Of a stretch of 32,000 nucleotides of DNA, positions 1 through 10,123 are shown piece by piece. The translations under genes and the position numbers were made by a program. The notes below the pieces were generated by a model that worked only from the letters and a program-made list of their open reading frames with translations, had not been told where the DNA came from and searched no databases. Within the stretch, counting starts at the first letter, position 1, and each line of letters begins with the position of its first letter. The stretch lies in sequence record CM128185.1, one strand, 5' to 3'.

Positions 1-378
1 CGAAACGGTAAAAAATTATTAGCATATAGAATTATGTATGAAAGCATGAATAAAATTGCTGAAATTACAAAAAAAGATCCACTTGTAATACTTGAACAAG
101 CAATTCGAAACACAACACCACTTATTGAAGTAAAAGCTCGACGGGTAGGGGGCTCGACATATCAAGTTCCTATTGAAGTTCTTCCTGAACGGGGAACTAC
201 TTTAGCTATTCGTTGGATATTAACAGCTTGTCGTAATAATCACGGGAAACCAATGTCCGTTATATTAACCAATGAGTTAATTGATGCTTCTAATAAAGCA
301 GGTAATGCTGTGAAAAAAAAAGATGAAATCCATAGAATGGCAGAAGCCAATAAAGCGTTTGCAAAACAACGTTTTTAG
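1..378 (+). CDS. rps7: ribosomal protein S7 (uS7), 5'-truncated by window edge
   Basis: Frame 1 is open from base 1 ([19 protein letters not shown]...). It contains [15 protein letters not shown] and AIRWI, typical of S7, and ends at TAG 376-378. The ATG at 34 in the ORF track is internal. Confidence 0.93.
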   Translation, partial: RNGKKLLAYRIMYESMNKIAEITKKDPLVILEQAIRNTTPLIEVKARRVGGSTYQVPIEVLPERGTTLAIRWILTACRNNHGKPMSVILTNELIDASNKAGNAVKKKDEIHRMAEANKAFAKQRF

Positions 379-497
379 ACTTGAAAAAATTTGAAGGTTT
401 TATTATAATTATTTGTTAATCAGGATTAATAATCTATTTCTTTAAATTGTTAAATTTTTAAAATTTGTATACAACATAACTAAAAAAGGACTTTTTT

Positions 498-1727
498 ATG
501 GCACGCACAAAATTTGAACGTAAAAAACCACACGTTAATATTGGTACTATTGGTCATGTGGATCATGGTAAAACAACATTAACTGCAGCAATTACTATGG
601 CATTAGCTGCACGTGATGGTGGAAAAGGTAAAAAATATGACGATATTGATTCTGCACCTGAAGAAAAAGCTCGTGGTATTACTATCAATACAGCTCATGT
701 AGAGTATGAAACAGAAAATCGCCATTACGCTCATGTAGACTGCCCTGGACATGCGGATTATGTAAAAAACATGATTACTGGTGCTGCTCAAATGGATGGT
801 GCTATTCTTGTTGTATCTGGTGCTGATGGCCCTATGCCACAAACTAAAGAACACATTCTTTTAGCAAAACAAGTAGGTGTTCCTAATATTGTAGTATTTA
901 TCAATAAAGAAGACCAAGTAGACGATATTGAATTAATTGAATTAGTAGAATTAGAGGTTCGTGAAACATTACAAAGATACGATTTTCCTGGTGATGAAGT
1001 ACCGATGCTTCCTGGATCTGCACTTATGGCATTATCTGCGTTAACAGAAAATCCAAATATTAAACCTGGTGAGAACAAATGGGTTGATAAAATTTATAAA
1101 TTAATGGATACGGTTGATTCTTATATACCAACTCCAAAACGTAACGTAGAAAAACCATTTTTAATGGCAATTGAAGACGTTTTTTCTATTACTGGTCGTG
1201 GTACTGTTGCTACAGGTCGCGTAGAGCGTGGTGTTGTTAAAATCGGGGATACTGTAGAAATTATTGGTTTTGGTAGTACTAAAGTAACTACTGTAACTGG
1301 TTTAGAAATGTTTCAAAAAACACTTGATGAAAGTATGGCGGGGGATAATGTTGGTATTTTACTTCGTGGTATTCAAAAAGCTGATATCCAACGTGGAATG
1401 GTTTTAGCAAAACCAAAAAGTATTAAACCACATACTAGTTTTGAAGCACAAGTTTACGTTTTAACCAAAGACGAAGGTGGACGTGATACACCTTTTTTTA
1501 AAGGATATCGACCACAATTTTACGTAAGAACAACAGACGTAACTGGTAAAATCGCATCTTTTTCTACTGACGCTGGTGAGCCTCTTAAAATGGTATTACC
1601 TGGCGACCGTATTCAAATGACAGTAGAATTAATTCAACCTATTGCTATTGAACGCAATATGAGATTTGCTATTCGTGAAGGTGGTAAAACAGTAGGTGCT
1701 GGTGTTGTAGTAAAAATTTTACAATAA
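498..1727 (+). CDS. tufA: translation elongation factor Tu
   Basis: 409 aa with G-domain motifs [14 protein letters not shown] and NKED, and full-length EF-Tu architecture. ATG start, TAA stop. Confidence 0.98.
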   Translation: MARTKFERKKPHVNIGTIGHVDHGKTTLTAAITMALAARDGGKGKKYDDIDSAPEEKARGITINTAHVEYETENRHYAHVDCPGHADYVKNMITGAAQMDGAILVVSGADGPMPQTKEHILLAKQVGVPNIVVFINKEDQVDDIELIELVELEVRETLQRYDFPGDEVPMLPGSALMALSALTENPNIKPGENKWVDKIYKLMDTVDSYIPTPKRNVEKPFLMAIEDVFSITGRGTVATGRVERGVVKIGDTVEIIGFGSTKVTTVTGLEMFQKTLDESMAGDNVGILLRGIQKADIQRGMVLAKPKSIKPHTSFEAQVYVLTKDEGGRDTPFFKGYRPQFYVRTTDVTGKIASFSTDAGEPLKMVLPGDRIQMTVELIQPIAIERNMRFAIREGGKTVGAGVVVKILQ

Positions 1728-1775
1728 AATAAAACTCAATATATATTTATTTTTAAATATATATTGAGTTTTATT
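1728..1775 (+). terminator. perfect 21-bp inverted repeat directly after the tufA stop (predicted RNA 3' stem-loop)
   Basis: AATAAAACTCAATATATATTT (1728-1748) pairs perfectly with AAATATATATTGAGTTTTATT (1755-1775). The loop is 6 nt. Confidence 0.6.
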
Positions 1776-1792
1776 GATAAAAAAAAATATAT

Positions 1793-2182
1793 ATGAACAA
1801 TTTTCAAAATATTATAAAAAAGATTGAATATAAATTTTCAAAAAACCAATTACCTGAGATAAAAGTCGGCGATTTTATCCGTCTTGGTATTTCTATTCAA
1901 GAATCTGGAAAACAACGTGTACAACCTTTTGAAGGAACAGTAATTGCTCTACATAAAGCAGGTTTAAATACCACAGTTACTGTAAGAAAAATTTTACAAG
2001 GTATTGGTGTTGAGCGCGTATTTCCGATACATGCTTCTTGCGTTACAAGTATTCATATTTTACGTCGATCTCAAGTATCACGTGCAAAACTTTATTATCT
2101 TCGTAATCGAATAGGTAAAGCAACTCGATTAAAAGAAAAATTTGATAAATTACCACCAATTTGGGTTGCGAAATCTTCTTAA
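1793..2182 (+). CDS. rpl19: ribosomal protein L19 (bL19)
   Basis: 129 aa. VGDFIRLGISIQESGKQRVQPFEGTVIALHKAGLNTTVTVRK...GVERVFPIHA matches the L19 family pattern. Confidence 0.92.
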   Translation: MNNFQNIIKKIEYKFSKNQLPEIKVGDFIRLGISIQESGKQRVQPFEGTVIALHKAGLNTTVTVRKILQGIGVERVFPIHASCVTSIHILRRSQVSRAKLYYLRNRIGKATRLKEKFDKLPPIWVAKSS

Positions 2183-2225
2183 TAAACAAACGCGTGCTAA
2201 GTTACATTAACAAAATTAAAAATAA

Positions 2226-2792
2226 ATGACAACACAAAAAGAAAGTCTCTATTATACTGTTTCTGGCGCTCGGCGATTTAGTAATTATTTTTGGGGATCT
2301 TTAATGTTTATCGGTGGAATAGGATTTTTAGCAGTAGGAAGCTTAAGTGCTTTAAACATAAATGACCAATTATTTATATTTAAAGCACCTAATATTCAAT
2401 TTATTCCGCAAGGGTTAGTTATGTGTTTTTATGGACTCATAGGTTTATTATTAGGAATTTATATTTGGTTAACTATTATTTGGAATTTAGGTCACGGGTA
2501 TAACGAATTTAATTTAAAAACAGATGAGGTTCGTGTTTTTAGGTGGGGCTTTCCGGGAAATAATAGACGTATTGACTTAAGATACCCGATTAAAGATGTT
2601 CAAAGTATTAGAGTTGAAATAAAAGAAGGGATTAATACAAAACGGGCTATTTTTTTAAAATTACGAGGTAATCGTGAAATTCCTTTAATTGGGGCTGGGC
2701 AACCAATGAGTATACAAGAAATTGAAACACAAGCTACTGATATAGCTAAATTATTAAAAGTGTCTTTAGAAATTTCTGAATTAGCTTCTTAA
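2226..2792 (+). CDS. ycf4: photosystem I assembly protein Ycf4
   Basis: 188 aa. It has the N-terminal RRFSNYFWG motif followed by two hydrophobic helices, with Ycf4-like length and layout. Confidence 0.92.
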   Translation: MTTQKESLYYTVSGARRFSNYFWGSLMFIGGIGFLAVGSLSALNINDQLFIFKAPNIQFIPQGLVMCFYGLIGLLLGIYIWLTIIWNLGHGYNEFNLKTDEVRVFRWGFPGNNRRIDLRYPIKDVQSIRVEIKEGINTKRAIFLKLRGNREIPLIGAGQPMSIQEIETQATDIAKLLKVSLEISELAS

Positions 2793-2866
2793 TATAAAAT
2801 TTTGATTTAATAATAAAAAAATACAACAATTTTTTGTTAAAATATTATAAAATCTATTAAAAAAAG

Positions 2867-3679
2867 ATGAGATATGAAGCTGTAGAACGAATTGGATTAA
2901 TACCAAGATCCATTATTCGTACTTTAGATAAATTAAAAAAACAATTATTGCCTGGTGTAGAAGTATTAGCTATTGAAGAATATAGAATATCGCGCTATCA
3001 ACTTATTGTATCTGTTCAATCTTTATTAATTTTATTTCTTGTTCCACCTTTAGTAAACATAAGTTTGAAATTTTTGCTAATTAGACCTATTGTAGAACAT
3101 TATTGGAATCGTCCCGGTAATGAGATTTTTTTGAATTCTGATCAAAAAAAGCGTGCATTAAAAGAATTTAATTTTGCTCATGAAATTATTTATTTTGATT
3201 CACTTGTTGATGATGATTTTTTTGACACAAACAAAAACATAGGTCAATCATTACAAAAAAAAATTTTTGAAATTACACAAACTTATAATGAGCAAAGCAT
3301 TAGAGCAATTACTAATTTAATTGCAGATTTTTGCAGTATTTTCAGTATATTTATTATATTCTCTTCGATGAAACCTCAAATGATTATTTTGCAATCATTT
3401 TTGGCGGAATCTCTCTATAGTTTTAGTGATACTACAAAATCCTTTTTATTAATTTTAGGGACAGATTTACTTGTTGGTTTTCATTCACCAAGAGGTTGGA
3501 ATATTTTTTTAAAGTGGATTTTTATACATTTTGGCTTTTCTGAGAGTAGTCTATTTTTATCGCTATTTGTATCAACATTTCCAGTTTTTTTAGATACAAT
3601 TTTTAAATATTGGGTCTTTAGATCTTTAAATAGAATATCTCCTTCTACTGTTGCTACTTACCATAATATGCTAGAATAA
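2867..3679 (+). CDS. cemA: chloroplast envelope membrane protein CemA (Ycf10)
   Basis: 270 aa. It starts with N-terminal IPRSI... and its C-terminal half reads HSPRGWNIFLKWIFIHFGF...FPVFLDTIFKYWVFRSLNRISPSTVATYHNM, the conserved CemA core. Confidence 0.9.
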   Translation: MRYEAVERIGLIPRSIIRTLDKLKKQLLPGVEVLAIEEYRISRYQLIVSVQSLLILFLVPPLVNISLKFLLIRPIVEHYWNRPGNEIFLNSDQKKRALKEFNFAHEIIYFDSLVDDDFFDTNKNIGQSLQKKIFEITQTYNEQSIRAITNLIADFCSIFSIFIIFSSMKPQMIILQSFLAESLYSFSDTTKSFLLILGTDLLVGFHSPRGWNIFLKWIFIHFGFSESSLFLSLFVSTFPVFLDTIFKYWVFRSLNRISPSTVATYHNMLE

Positions 3680-3729
3680 AATGATTAATAATGTTAAAAT
3701 TATCTAATTTTAACATTATTAATCATTTT
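3678..3729 (+). terminator. 24-25 bp perfect inverted repeat overlapping the cemA stop (predicted 3' stem-loop)
   Basis: AAATGATTAATAATGTTAAAATTA (3679-3702) pairs with TAATTTTAACATTATTAATCATTT (3705-3728). One further A-T pair lies on the outside. Confidence 0.6.
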
Positions 3730-3888
3730 TAATTATTTATTAATAGTGTGATAGCTTGTTATTGTATTAGATGATATACAAATAGATTTTATTATAAACG
3801 GCCTATTTTAGCATTTATACGATTAATATTATTTAGTATAAAAATAAACAAATGCAATTCTTATTATTTAAGGAGAATTTTTAAAATT

Positions 3889-4149
3889 ATGATGTTAGAT
3901 TTATTGCAATATCCAGTAATAAAAACTCCGAAAGCTACCCGTTTACTTGAAAATAATCAATTTAGTTTTGATATAGATAAAAAACTTACAAAACCCCAAA
4001 TAAAAAAGCTAGTTGAAGACTATTTTAATATTAAAGTTTTGGCGGTAAATACACACCGACCACCACGAAAATTAAAACGTTCAAATTCTTCACCACGCTC
4101 AAAACGGGTAATTATTACAGTAAGTTCAAATGTTAATTTATTAAGCTAA
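3889..4149 (+). CDS. rpl23: ribosomal protein L23 (uL23)
   Basis: 86 aa. The sequence is L23-like ([43 protein letters not shown]) and sits immediately upstream of rpl2. AAGGAG at 3870-3875 lies 13 nt upstream of the ATG. Confidence 0.9.
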   Translation: MMLDLLQYPVIKTPKATRLLENNQFSFDIDKKLTKPQIKKLVEDYFNIKVLAVNTHRPPRKLKRSNSSPRSKRVIITVSSNVNLLS

Positions 4150-4186
4150 TATGTATTTATTATAAATTTTTAATATAAAACAAAGT

Positions 4187-5008
4187 ATGGCTATTCGTTT
4201 TTTTAAACCGTCTACTCCAGGAAGTCGTCACGGTTCAGTATTAAATTTTGATGAGATTTCATCAAAAAAACCCGAAAAAAAATTAACTAAGGGTTGGTCT
4301 CGGTCTCAAGGTCGAAATAACAAAGGTATTATTACAAGTAGGCATCGTGGTGGTGGTCATAAAAGATTATATAGAAAAATCGATTTTACAAGAAATAAAA
4401 TTGGGGTTTCTGCTACAGTAAAAAATATTGAATATGATCCAAACCGTACTGCACGCATTGCATTAGTTTCTTATAACGATGGCGAAAAACGCTACATTAT
4501 ATCCCCTCTTGGATTAAAAATCGGAGAAAAATTACTTTCTTCACCTAATGCCTCTATAACTATTGGTAATACTTTACCATTATCTAATATTCCATTAGGG
4601 ACTTCTGTTCATAACGTTGAACTCCAACCCGGAGCTGGTGGTCAATTTGTAAGATCAGCTGGTTCTGTAGCACAAATCGTAGCAAAAGAAGGCCGCTGGG
4701 TTACACTTCGTTTACCATCAGGCGAGTCTCGATTAATTTCTGAAAAATGCTGGGCTACTATTGGTCGTGTTGGAAATATCGATAATTCTAATATAACATT
4801 AGGAAAAGCAGGCAGAAGTCGTTGGTTAAGTCGACGCCCCCACGTCCGAGGTTCAGCTATGAATCCAGTAGATCACCCACATGGTGGTGGTGAAGGAAAA
4901 GCACCTATTGGTCGGGCTCGTCCAGTAAGTTTATGGGGTAAGCCAGCATTAGGTGTAAAAACCCGTAAACGTAAAAAATTTAGTAACAAACTAATTGTTA
5001 ATTTCTAA
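4187..5008 (+). CDS. rpl2: ribosomal protein L2 (uL2)
   Basis: 273 aa with the motifs [23 protein letters not shown] and WGKPALG. There is no intron. Confidence 0.97.
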   Translation: MAIRFFKPSTPGSRHGSVLNFDEISSKKPEKKLTKGWSRSQGRNNKGIITSRHRGGGHKRLYRKIDFTRNKIGVSATVKNIEYDPNRTARIALVSYNDGEKRYIISPLGLKIGEKLLSSPNASITIGNTLPLSNIPLGTSVHNVELQPGAGGQFVRSAGSVAQIVAKEGRWVTLRLPSGESRLISEKCWATIGRVGNIDNSNITLGKAGRSRWLSRRPHVRGSAMNPVDHPHGGGEGKAPIGRARPVSLWGKPALGVKTRKRKKFSNKLIVNF

Positions 5009-5106
5009 TTTTATATTCGTTTTGTGTTTTTAGAGAAGGTTTTTAAAAACCTTTAAATATTTGTTTGTAAAAAAATAAATAATATTTTAAATTTATCACT
5101 AATTAT

Positions 5107-5385
5107 ATGACACGATCATTAAAAAAAATTCCTTTTGTAGCAAATCATTTGTTTAAAAAAATTGAACGATTAAATAGTCAAGGTAAAAAAAAAGTAGTAA
5201 AAACATGGTCCCGAGCCTCAACGATTGTTCCATTAATGATAGGACATACGATTGCTGTGCATAATGGCCGCCAACATATTCCACTTTTTATTACAGATCA
5301 AATGGTTGGGCATAAATTAGGTGAATTTGCCCCTACTCGCACTTTTAAAGGGCACGTAAAAAAAGATAAAAAAACAAAAAGATAA
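5107..5385 (+). CDS. rps19: ribosomal protein S19 (uS19)
   Basis: 92 aa. [53 protein letters not shown] is canonical S19. Confidence 0.96.
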   Translation: MTRSLKKIPFVANHLFKKIERLNSQGKKKVVKTWSRASTIVPLMIGHTIAVHNGRQHIPLFITDQMVGHKLGEFAPTRTFKGHVKKDKKTKR

Positions 5386-5392
5386 TTAATAT

Positions 5393-6118
5393 ATGGGACA
5401 AAAAGTACATCCTTTGGGATTTCGTCTTGGTATTACTCAAAAACATAAAAATTATTGGTGTACAAAATCTCAAACATCAGCACTTTGGGTTCAAGATGCA
5501 AGTTTTATTCGAAATTATATAGAAAAAGCTTTTTTTGGAGCAGGTATTATTAATATTGAAATTCAAAGACGTGAAATTGAATACCCTTTTATAAGCATTA
5601 AAATTCATGCAGCACGACCAAATATTTTTTTAAATCGTAACTCTTTTTCTAAAAAAACTACAAAATCAAATTGGTCAGAAGGTTTATCACAATTAAGAGA
5701 TAATTTATTAAAACATCTTAAAAAATTTTATAAAGTAAGAAACTTGCCAGACCCTGGAAAAATTTTTTGTACGATTTCTATAAATTCAACTAATAATCCA
5801 GATATACATGCAATGGTACTTGCAGAAAAATTAGTTGATGATTTGCAACAACGAAAACCTTATCGAAAAGCTATGAGACAAGTTGTTCGGAAAGCAATAA
5901 AAGCTGGTGTTAAGGGTATTAAAGTAAAAATTTCTGGTCGTTTAAATGGGGCAGATATTGCTCGTTCTGAAGATTTACGAAGTGGACCAGTACCATTACA
6001 AACATTACGCGCTGAAATAGATTATTCCGAAAAATCAGCAAAAACTATTTATGGCCTTTTAGGTATTAAAATTTGGGTTTTCCGCGGTGAGCGTTTAACT
6101 CCATTAAGTAATCTATAA
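5393..6118 (+). CDS. rps3: ribosomal protein S3 (uS3)
   Basis: 241 aa with an N-terminal MGQKVHPLGFRLGIT and a C-terminal GIKVKISGRLNGADIARSE...G...PLQTLRAEIDY. It begins 7 nt after the rps19 stop. Confidence 0.95.
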   Translation: MGQKVHPLGFRLGITQKHKNYWCTKSQTSALWVQDASFIRNYIEKAFFGAGIINIEIQRREIEYPFISIKIHAARPNIFLNRNSFSKKTTKSNWSEGLSQLRDNLLKHLKKFYKVRNLPDPGKIFCTISINSTNNPDIHAMVLAEKLVDDLQQRKPYRKAMRQVVRKAIKAGVKGIKVKISGRLNGADIARSEDLRSGPVPLQTLRAEIDYSEKSAKTIYGLLGIKIWVFRGERLTPLSNL

Positions 6119-6172
6119 AGTTACAAATTTTATAGTATTATAAATTAATAAATTCTAAATTTTATATAACAT

Positions 6173-6586
6173 ATGCTTAGTCCCAAAAAAACAAAATATC
6201 GTAAATACCATCGTGGTCGCATGTCTGGAAAAGCCTTACGCGGTAATAAATTAGTGTTTGGTGACTATGGATTACAGGCTTTAGAGTGTTCATGGATCAC
6301 ATCTAGACAAATTGAAGCAGCTCGACGTGCTGTAACACGCCAAGTTCGTCGTGGTGGTAAATTATGGATTAGATTATTTCCAGATAAACCCGTAACAATG
6401 AGACCTGCAGAGACACGAATGGGTTCTGGGAAAGGAGCGCCTGAATACTGGGTTGCGGTAGTAAAACCTGGTAAAGTTCTTTATGAGTTAAAAGGGGTTC
6501 CAGAGACTAGTGCCCGTACGGCTTTAAAATTAGCAGCTTCTAAATTACCAATTAAAACACAAATTCTTTTAAAAAAATCAATTTAG
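6173..6586 (+). CDS. rpl16: ribosomal protein L16 (uL16)
   Basis: 137 aa. It contains [17 protein letters not shown]...[12 protein letters not shown]...[27 protein letters not shown]. There is no intron. TAG stop. Confidence 0.97.
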   Translation: MLSPKKTKYRKYHRGRMSGKALRGNKLVFGDYGLQALECSWITSRQIEAARRAVTRQVRRGGKLWIRLFPDKPVTMRPAETRMGSGKGAPEYWVAVVKPGKVLYELKGVPETSARTALKLAASKLPIKTQILLKKSI

Positions 6587-6701
6587 TTTTAATTTATTTT
6601 TTTTTATAAAAAGGTTGATTTTTTAAATCTATATACTTTTTATAAAAAAAAATTACTGTTTTCTTAAAAAATATTTTAAAAAAACCAATAAATAAATTAT
6701 T

Positions 6702-7070
6702 ATGATTCAACCACAATCTTATCTTCGAGTAGCAGATAATACAGGGGCTCGTGAAATAATGTGCATTCGAGTATTAAGTGGTGCTAAACAACAAGCTGCT
6801 GGTATTGGGGATATTATTATAGCTGTAGTAAAAGATGCGGCCCCAAATATGTTAATTAAAAAATCAGATGTTGTTCGTGCTGTTATTGTACGGACAAGAA
6901 AAAATGTACGTCGAAAAAACGGAACAAGTATCCGGTTTGATGAAAATGCGGCCGTTATTATAAATAAAGAATCAAATCCTCGCGGTACTCGAGTTTTTGG
7001 GCCAGTAGCCCGAGAATTACGTGATGGTAATTTTACAAAAATTATATCATTAGCACCAGAAGTTTTATAA
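6702..7070 (+). CDS. rpl14: ribosomal protein L14 (uL14)
   Basis: 122 aa. [24 protein letters not shown]...[30 protein letters not shown] is canonical L14. Confidence 0.97.
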   Translation: MIQPQSYLRVADNTGAREIMCIRVLSGAKQQAAGIGDIIIAVVKDAAPNMLIKKSDVVRAVIVRTRKNVRRKNGTSIRFDENAAVIINKESNPRGTRVFGPVARELRDGNFTKIISLAPEVL

Positions 7071-7156
7071 ATTTTATTTTTTTTTTATTATTTATTTAAT
7101 TCGCTATTTTAGTATTCTTATATTCTCTTTTAATTAAAATTTATAAAAAAATTAAT

Positions 7157-7711
7157 ATGGTACAACGACTTCAACAATATTATCAAAAGGAAATAGTTCC
7201 CCAACTTTTTAAAGAATATCAATATAAAAACAAACACCAAGTACCACATATTAAAAAAATTATAATTAATCGTGGTCTAGGTGATGCTTCTCAAAACGCA
7301 AAACTTTTAGAATCTTGTAATAAAGAAATTTGCAGTATAACTGGACAACAAGGTGTAATTACACGTTCAAAAAAACCAATTGCAGCTTTTAAACTTCGAC
7401 AAAAAATGCCAGTAGGTATTGTTGTTACCCTTCGAGGTGACCGTATGTATGCTTTTTTAGACCGGTTAATTAATTTAGCATTACCACGTATACGCGATTT
7501 TCAAGGAGTTAATCCTAAAAGTTTTGATGGTCATGGAAACTATAATTTAGGTTTAGAAGAACAACTTATGTTTCCTGAAATTGATTATGATAAAATTAAT
7601 CAAATTCGAGGTATGGATATATCAATAGTAACTACATCCACAACAGATGGGCAGGCTATGAGTTTGTTACAAGCATTTGGCATGCCTTTTAAAGATAAAT
7701 CTAAAAAATAA
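7157..7711 (+). CDS. rpl5: ribosomal protein L5 (uL5)
   Basis: 184 aa. It contains [11 protein letters not shown]...ITGQ.....SKK.IAAFKLR...[29 protein letters not shown], which is L5 family. Confidence 0.95.
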   Translation: MVQRLQQYYQKEIVPQLFKEYQYKNKHQVPHIKKIIINRGLGDASQNAKLLESCNKEICSITGQQGVITRSKKPIAAFKLRQKMPVGIVVTLRGDRMYAFLDRLINLALPRIRDFQGVNPKSFDGHGNYNLGLEEQLMFPEIDYDKINQIRGMDISIVTTSTTDGQAMSLLQAFGMPFKDKSKK

Positions 7712-7784
7712 AAATCATCTAAGTTGATCGCTAAATAATTATCTTTAAACCCTTTTTAAATATTTATTAAAAAAATTCAAAAAT

Positions 7785-8201
7785 ATGATAACTGATACAA
7801 TTAGTGATATGTTGACCCGAATTCGAAACGCAAATTTAGTATCTAAACCTACAGTATTAATTGCTAATACCAAAATAAATCAAAAAATTTGCGAAATATT
7901 ACAACAAGAAGGCTTTATAGCTGGTTTTTCCGTTTTAGATATAAACAAAAACGAATTAATCGTTAGTCTTAAATATAAGAAAACGGGTTTAATATCAAAT
8001 GGCTCTGCTGGTAAACCTTGTATTACAAATTTAAAAAGAATTAGTAAACCCGGTTTACGAATTTATTCAAATTATAAAGAAATTCCTAAAATTTTAGGTG
8101 GGTTAGGAATTATTATTATTTCAACTTCAAAAGGATTAATGACAGATAAAGAAGCTCGAAACTCTCACCTTGGTGGTGAATTAGTTTGTTCTATATGGTA
8201 A
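7785..8201 (+). CDS. rps8: ribosomal protein S8 (uS8)
   Basis: 138 aa with N-terminal DTISDMLTRIRNAN and C-terminal GGLGIIIISTSKGLMTDKEAR....GGELVCSIW. Confidence 0.95.
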   Translation: MITDTISDMLTRIRNANLVSKPTVLIANTKINQKICEILQQEGFIAGFSVLDINKNELIVSLKYKKTGLISNGSAGKPCITNLKRISKPGLRIYSNYKEIPKILGGLGIIIISTSKGLMTDKEARNSHLGGELVCSIW

Positions 8202-8309
8202 ATTAAATAAATTTAGTTTTATTTAAATTATCCTAATTTTTTAGCTTTTTTTTAATATAAAAAATCAGTAATACTTGTTGCCTTATAAAAAAAATAATCG
8301 GAGGTTAAA

Positions 8310-8561
8310 GTGTATTTAAATAAAAGTTCACGTCTTGATGCTTTAGAGATGGAAGGTGTGATAACCCAATGTTTATCTAATGGTCTTTTTAGGGTTAAAT
8401 TAAAAGATAATGGGGTTTTAATATTAGCACACATTTCGGGCAAAATTCGACAAAGATATATTCGAATATTATTAGGAGATCGGGTTATTGTGGAATTAAG
8501 CCCATATGATTTAAAACGTGGGCGTATTACTCATCGCTTTCGGTCGGGAAAAAAAAAATAA
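8310..8561 (+). CDS. infA: translation initiation factor IF-1
   Basis: 83 aa containing an S1-like IF-1 core: [63 protein letters not shown]. The GTG start at 8310 is preceded by GGAGG (8300-8304) with a 5-nt spacer. An alternative in-frame ATG lies at 8349. Confidence 0.9.
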   Translation: MYLNKSSRLDALEMEGVITQCLSNGLFRVKLKDNGVLILAHISGKIRQRYIRILLGDRVIVELSPYDLKRGRITHRFRSGKKK

Positions 8562-8584
8562 AACCAATTACAATTTTTAAATTT

Positions 8585-8698
8585 ATGAAAGTTCGTCCTG
8601 GAGTTCGAAAAATGTGCGAAAAATGTCGTTTAATTCGTCGTAAGGGAGTTTTACGTATTATTTGCCAAAACCCAAAACACAAGCAAAAGCAAGGTTAA
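8585..8698 (+). CDS. rpl36: ribosomal protein L36 (bL36)
   Basis: Hand translation gives [37 protein letters not shown] (37 aa). This is the classic L36 zinc-ribbon pattern C..C....C....H. It is too short to appear in the ORF track. Confidence 0.95.
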   Translation: MKVRPGVRKMCEKCRLIRRKGVLRIICQNPKHKQKQG

Positions 8699-8703
8699 AG
8701 CGT

Positions 8704-8738
8704 TATATCATTTAGTTCTGAGAAACTCAAATGATATA
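8704..8738 (+). terminator. imperfect inverted repeat after rpl36 (predicted 3' stem-loop)
   Basis: TATATCATTT (8704-8713) pairs with AAATGATATA (8729-8738). An inner AGTT/AACT pairing adds to the stem with one bulged C. Confidence 0.45.
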
Positions 8739-8827
8739 CTATTGTATAAAATTTTGTATTACATTAAAATTATTATTAATAATTCTATTTGATAATAATT
8801 TTAAATTATTAAAAAAAATATATAAAT

Positions 8828-9220
8828 ATGCCAAAAAAAGTTGAAAAAATTTCAAAAAAAAAATTTAAAGAAAAAGTAATACGGGGAGTTGCTCATATTC
8901 AATCGACTTTTAATAACACTATAGTTACAATTACAAATCCTAAAGGTAATGTTTTAGCTTGGGCGTCTTCAGGTACATCTGGATTTAAAGGTGCTCGAAA
9001 AAAAACTCCTTTAGCTGCAAAGCAAGCTGCGGAAAATGTGGCACAAATTTGCGTTAGTCAAGGTATGAAAGAACTTATTGTTAGGATTAAAGGGGCTGGG
9101 GTTGGTCGAGAAGCAGCTTTACGGGGATTACGTGATGCTGGATTAACTATTACTGTTATTCGTGATATTACACCAATTCCACATAATGGTTGTCGACCGC
9201 CTAAAAAGCGTAGAATTTAA
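8828..9220 (+). CDS. rps11: ribosomal protein S11 (uS11)
   Basis: 130 aa. [44 protein letters not shown]...A......[19 protein letters not shown]...[19 protein letters not shown] is canonical S11. Confidence 0.97.
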   Translation: MPKKVEKISKKKFKEKVIRGVAHIQSTFNNTIVTITNPKGNVLAWASSGTSGFKGARKKTPLAAKQAAENVAQICVSQGMKELIVRIKGAGVGREAALRGLRDAGLTITVIRDITPIPHNGCRPPKKRRI

Positions 9221-9277
9221 ATATAAAATATACATATAAATTTTTACACGCTAAAAACCATAATAACTATAATTTAT

Positions 9278-10015
9278 ATGAATAAAAAAAAATTAGAAAA
9301 AAAATTTATTTCGTTTGTAGAATCAAAAACATTAGATTCTGGGCAAATGTACGCTCGGTTTCATTTAGGTCTTTTTTTAAAAGACCATGCATTAAGTTTT
9401 TCAAATGCCATTCGACGGAATTTAATAGCAGGTGTTCCAGGTTTAGTTTTAACAGATATAACTTTTTTAGGAACTCGCCACGAATTTGATATTATTCCAG
9501 GAGTTCACGAGACTCTATTTGACATTATTGAAAATCTTAAAGAAATTGTTTTTACCCATACTAGCGAAAATATCCATTGTTTGGTATCTGGTCAAAAAGA
9601 AATGGAAGCTTTTTTAAAAATACAGGGACCAAAAATAGCGACTGCAGGTGATATAAAATTTCCCCCAAATATTAGTTGTGTCGTACCATCTCAACATATA
9701 GCTTCAGTTAGTTGGGATGGGGAATTATCCCTTAGTTTGAAAATTGCATTAGTTGATCCTAATAAATTTCAACCATTTATAAACCCGCAAGAATTTATAG
9801 ATGATTATAAAGTTTTTAATGTACAACGTTTCCCAAGCCCTATAAAACAAACTAATTTTTTTATTCAAAAAGTAAGTACAAAGCAAGAATTTGAATATCT
9901 TATCTTAGAAATTATAACAGATGGTAGTATTCATCCAAAACAAGCTTTGCAATATAGCTTATATAAACTTACAAAATTATTTTTTGATTTTACGCTTGTT
10001 AGTTTATCTCTTTAA
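9278..10015 (+). CDS. rpoA: RNA polymerase alpha subunit, N-terminal (assembly) domain only
   Basis: 245 aa in the conserved position after rps11. It is alpha-NTD-like: GQMYARFHLGLF....ALSFSNAIRRNLIAGVPG, HEFDIIPGVHETLFDIIENLKEIV and EYLILEIITDGSIHPKQAL. The ORF stops where the linker and alpha-CTD would begin (see findings). Confidence 0.85.
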   Translation: MNKKKLEKKFISFVESKTLDSGQMYARFHLGLFLKDHALSFSNAIRRNLIAGVPGLVLTDITFLGTRHEFDIIPGVHETLFDIIENLKEIVFTHTSENIHCLVSGQKEMEAFLKIQGPKIATAGDIKFPPNISCVVPSQHIASVSWDGELSLSLKIALVDPNKFQPFINPQEFIDDYKVFNVQRFPSPIKQTNFFIQKVSTKQEFEYLILEIITDGSIHPKQALQYSLYKLTKLFFDFTLVSLSL

Positions 10016-10123
10016 AAAAATTAAATTTTTTAGAGAGTTAGTAAAAAATATAAATTATTCTAGATTAGTAAAAATAATTTTTTGTATTTATGCTACAAAA
10101 AATTTAAGGAGAATTTTTTAATA

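Noticed and set aside
603-1078. Two minus-strand ORFs (603-854 and 788-1078) antisense to tufA.
   Set aside because: They lie entirely inside a strongly conserved EF-Tu reading frame. Their products are low-complexity Ser/Ile/Phe-rich strings with no recognisable motifs, which is typical of antisense ORFs.
8252-8443. Minus-strand 63-aa ORF overlapping the infA 5' region.
   Set aside because: It overlaps the well-supported infA gene and its SD site. It has no recognisable family features and no start context.
9921-10121. Plus-strand 66-aa ORF overlapping the rpoA 3' end and the rpoA-rps9 spacer. I considered it as a frameshifted alpha-CTD.
   Set aside because: The sequence (MVVFIQNKLCNIAYINLQNYFLILRLL...) is an AT-driven hydrophobic/Asn/Lys string with no helix-hairpin-helix alpha-CTD motifs. 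It runs through the rps9 SD and start region.
10082-10123. ORF-track N-terminal extension of rps9 from a TTG start.
   Set aside because: The extension MYLCYKKFKENFLI is not S9-like. An ATG with AAGGAG 12 nt upstream lies at 10124, exactly where S9 homology begins.
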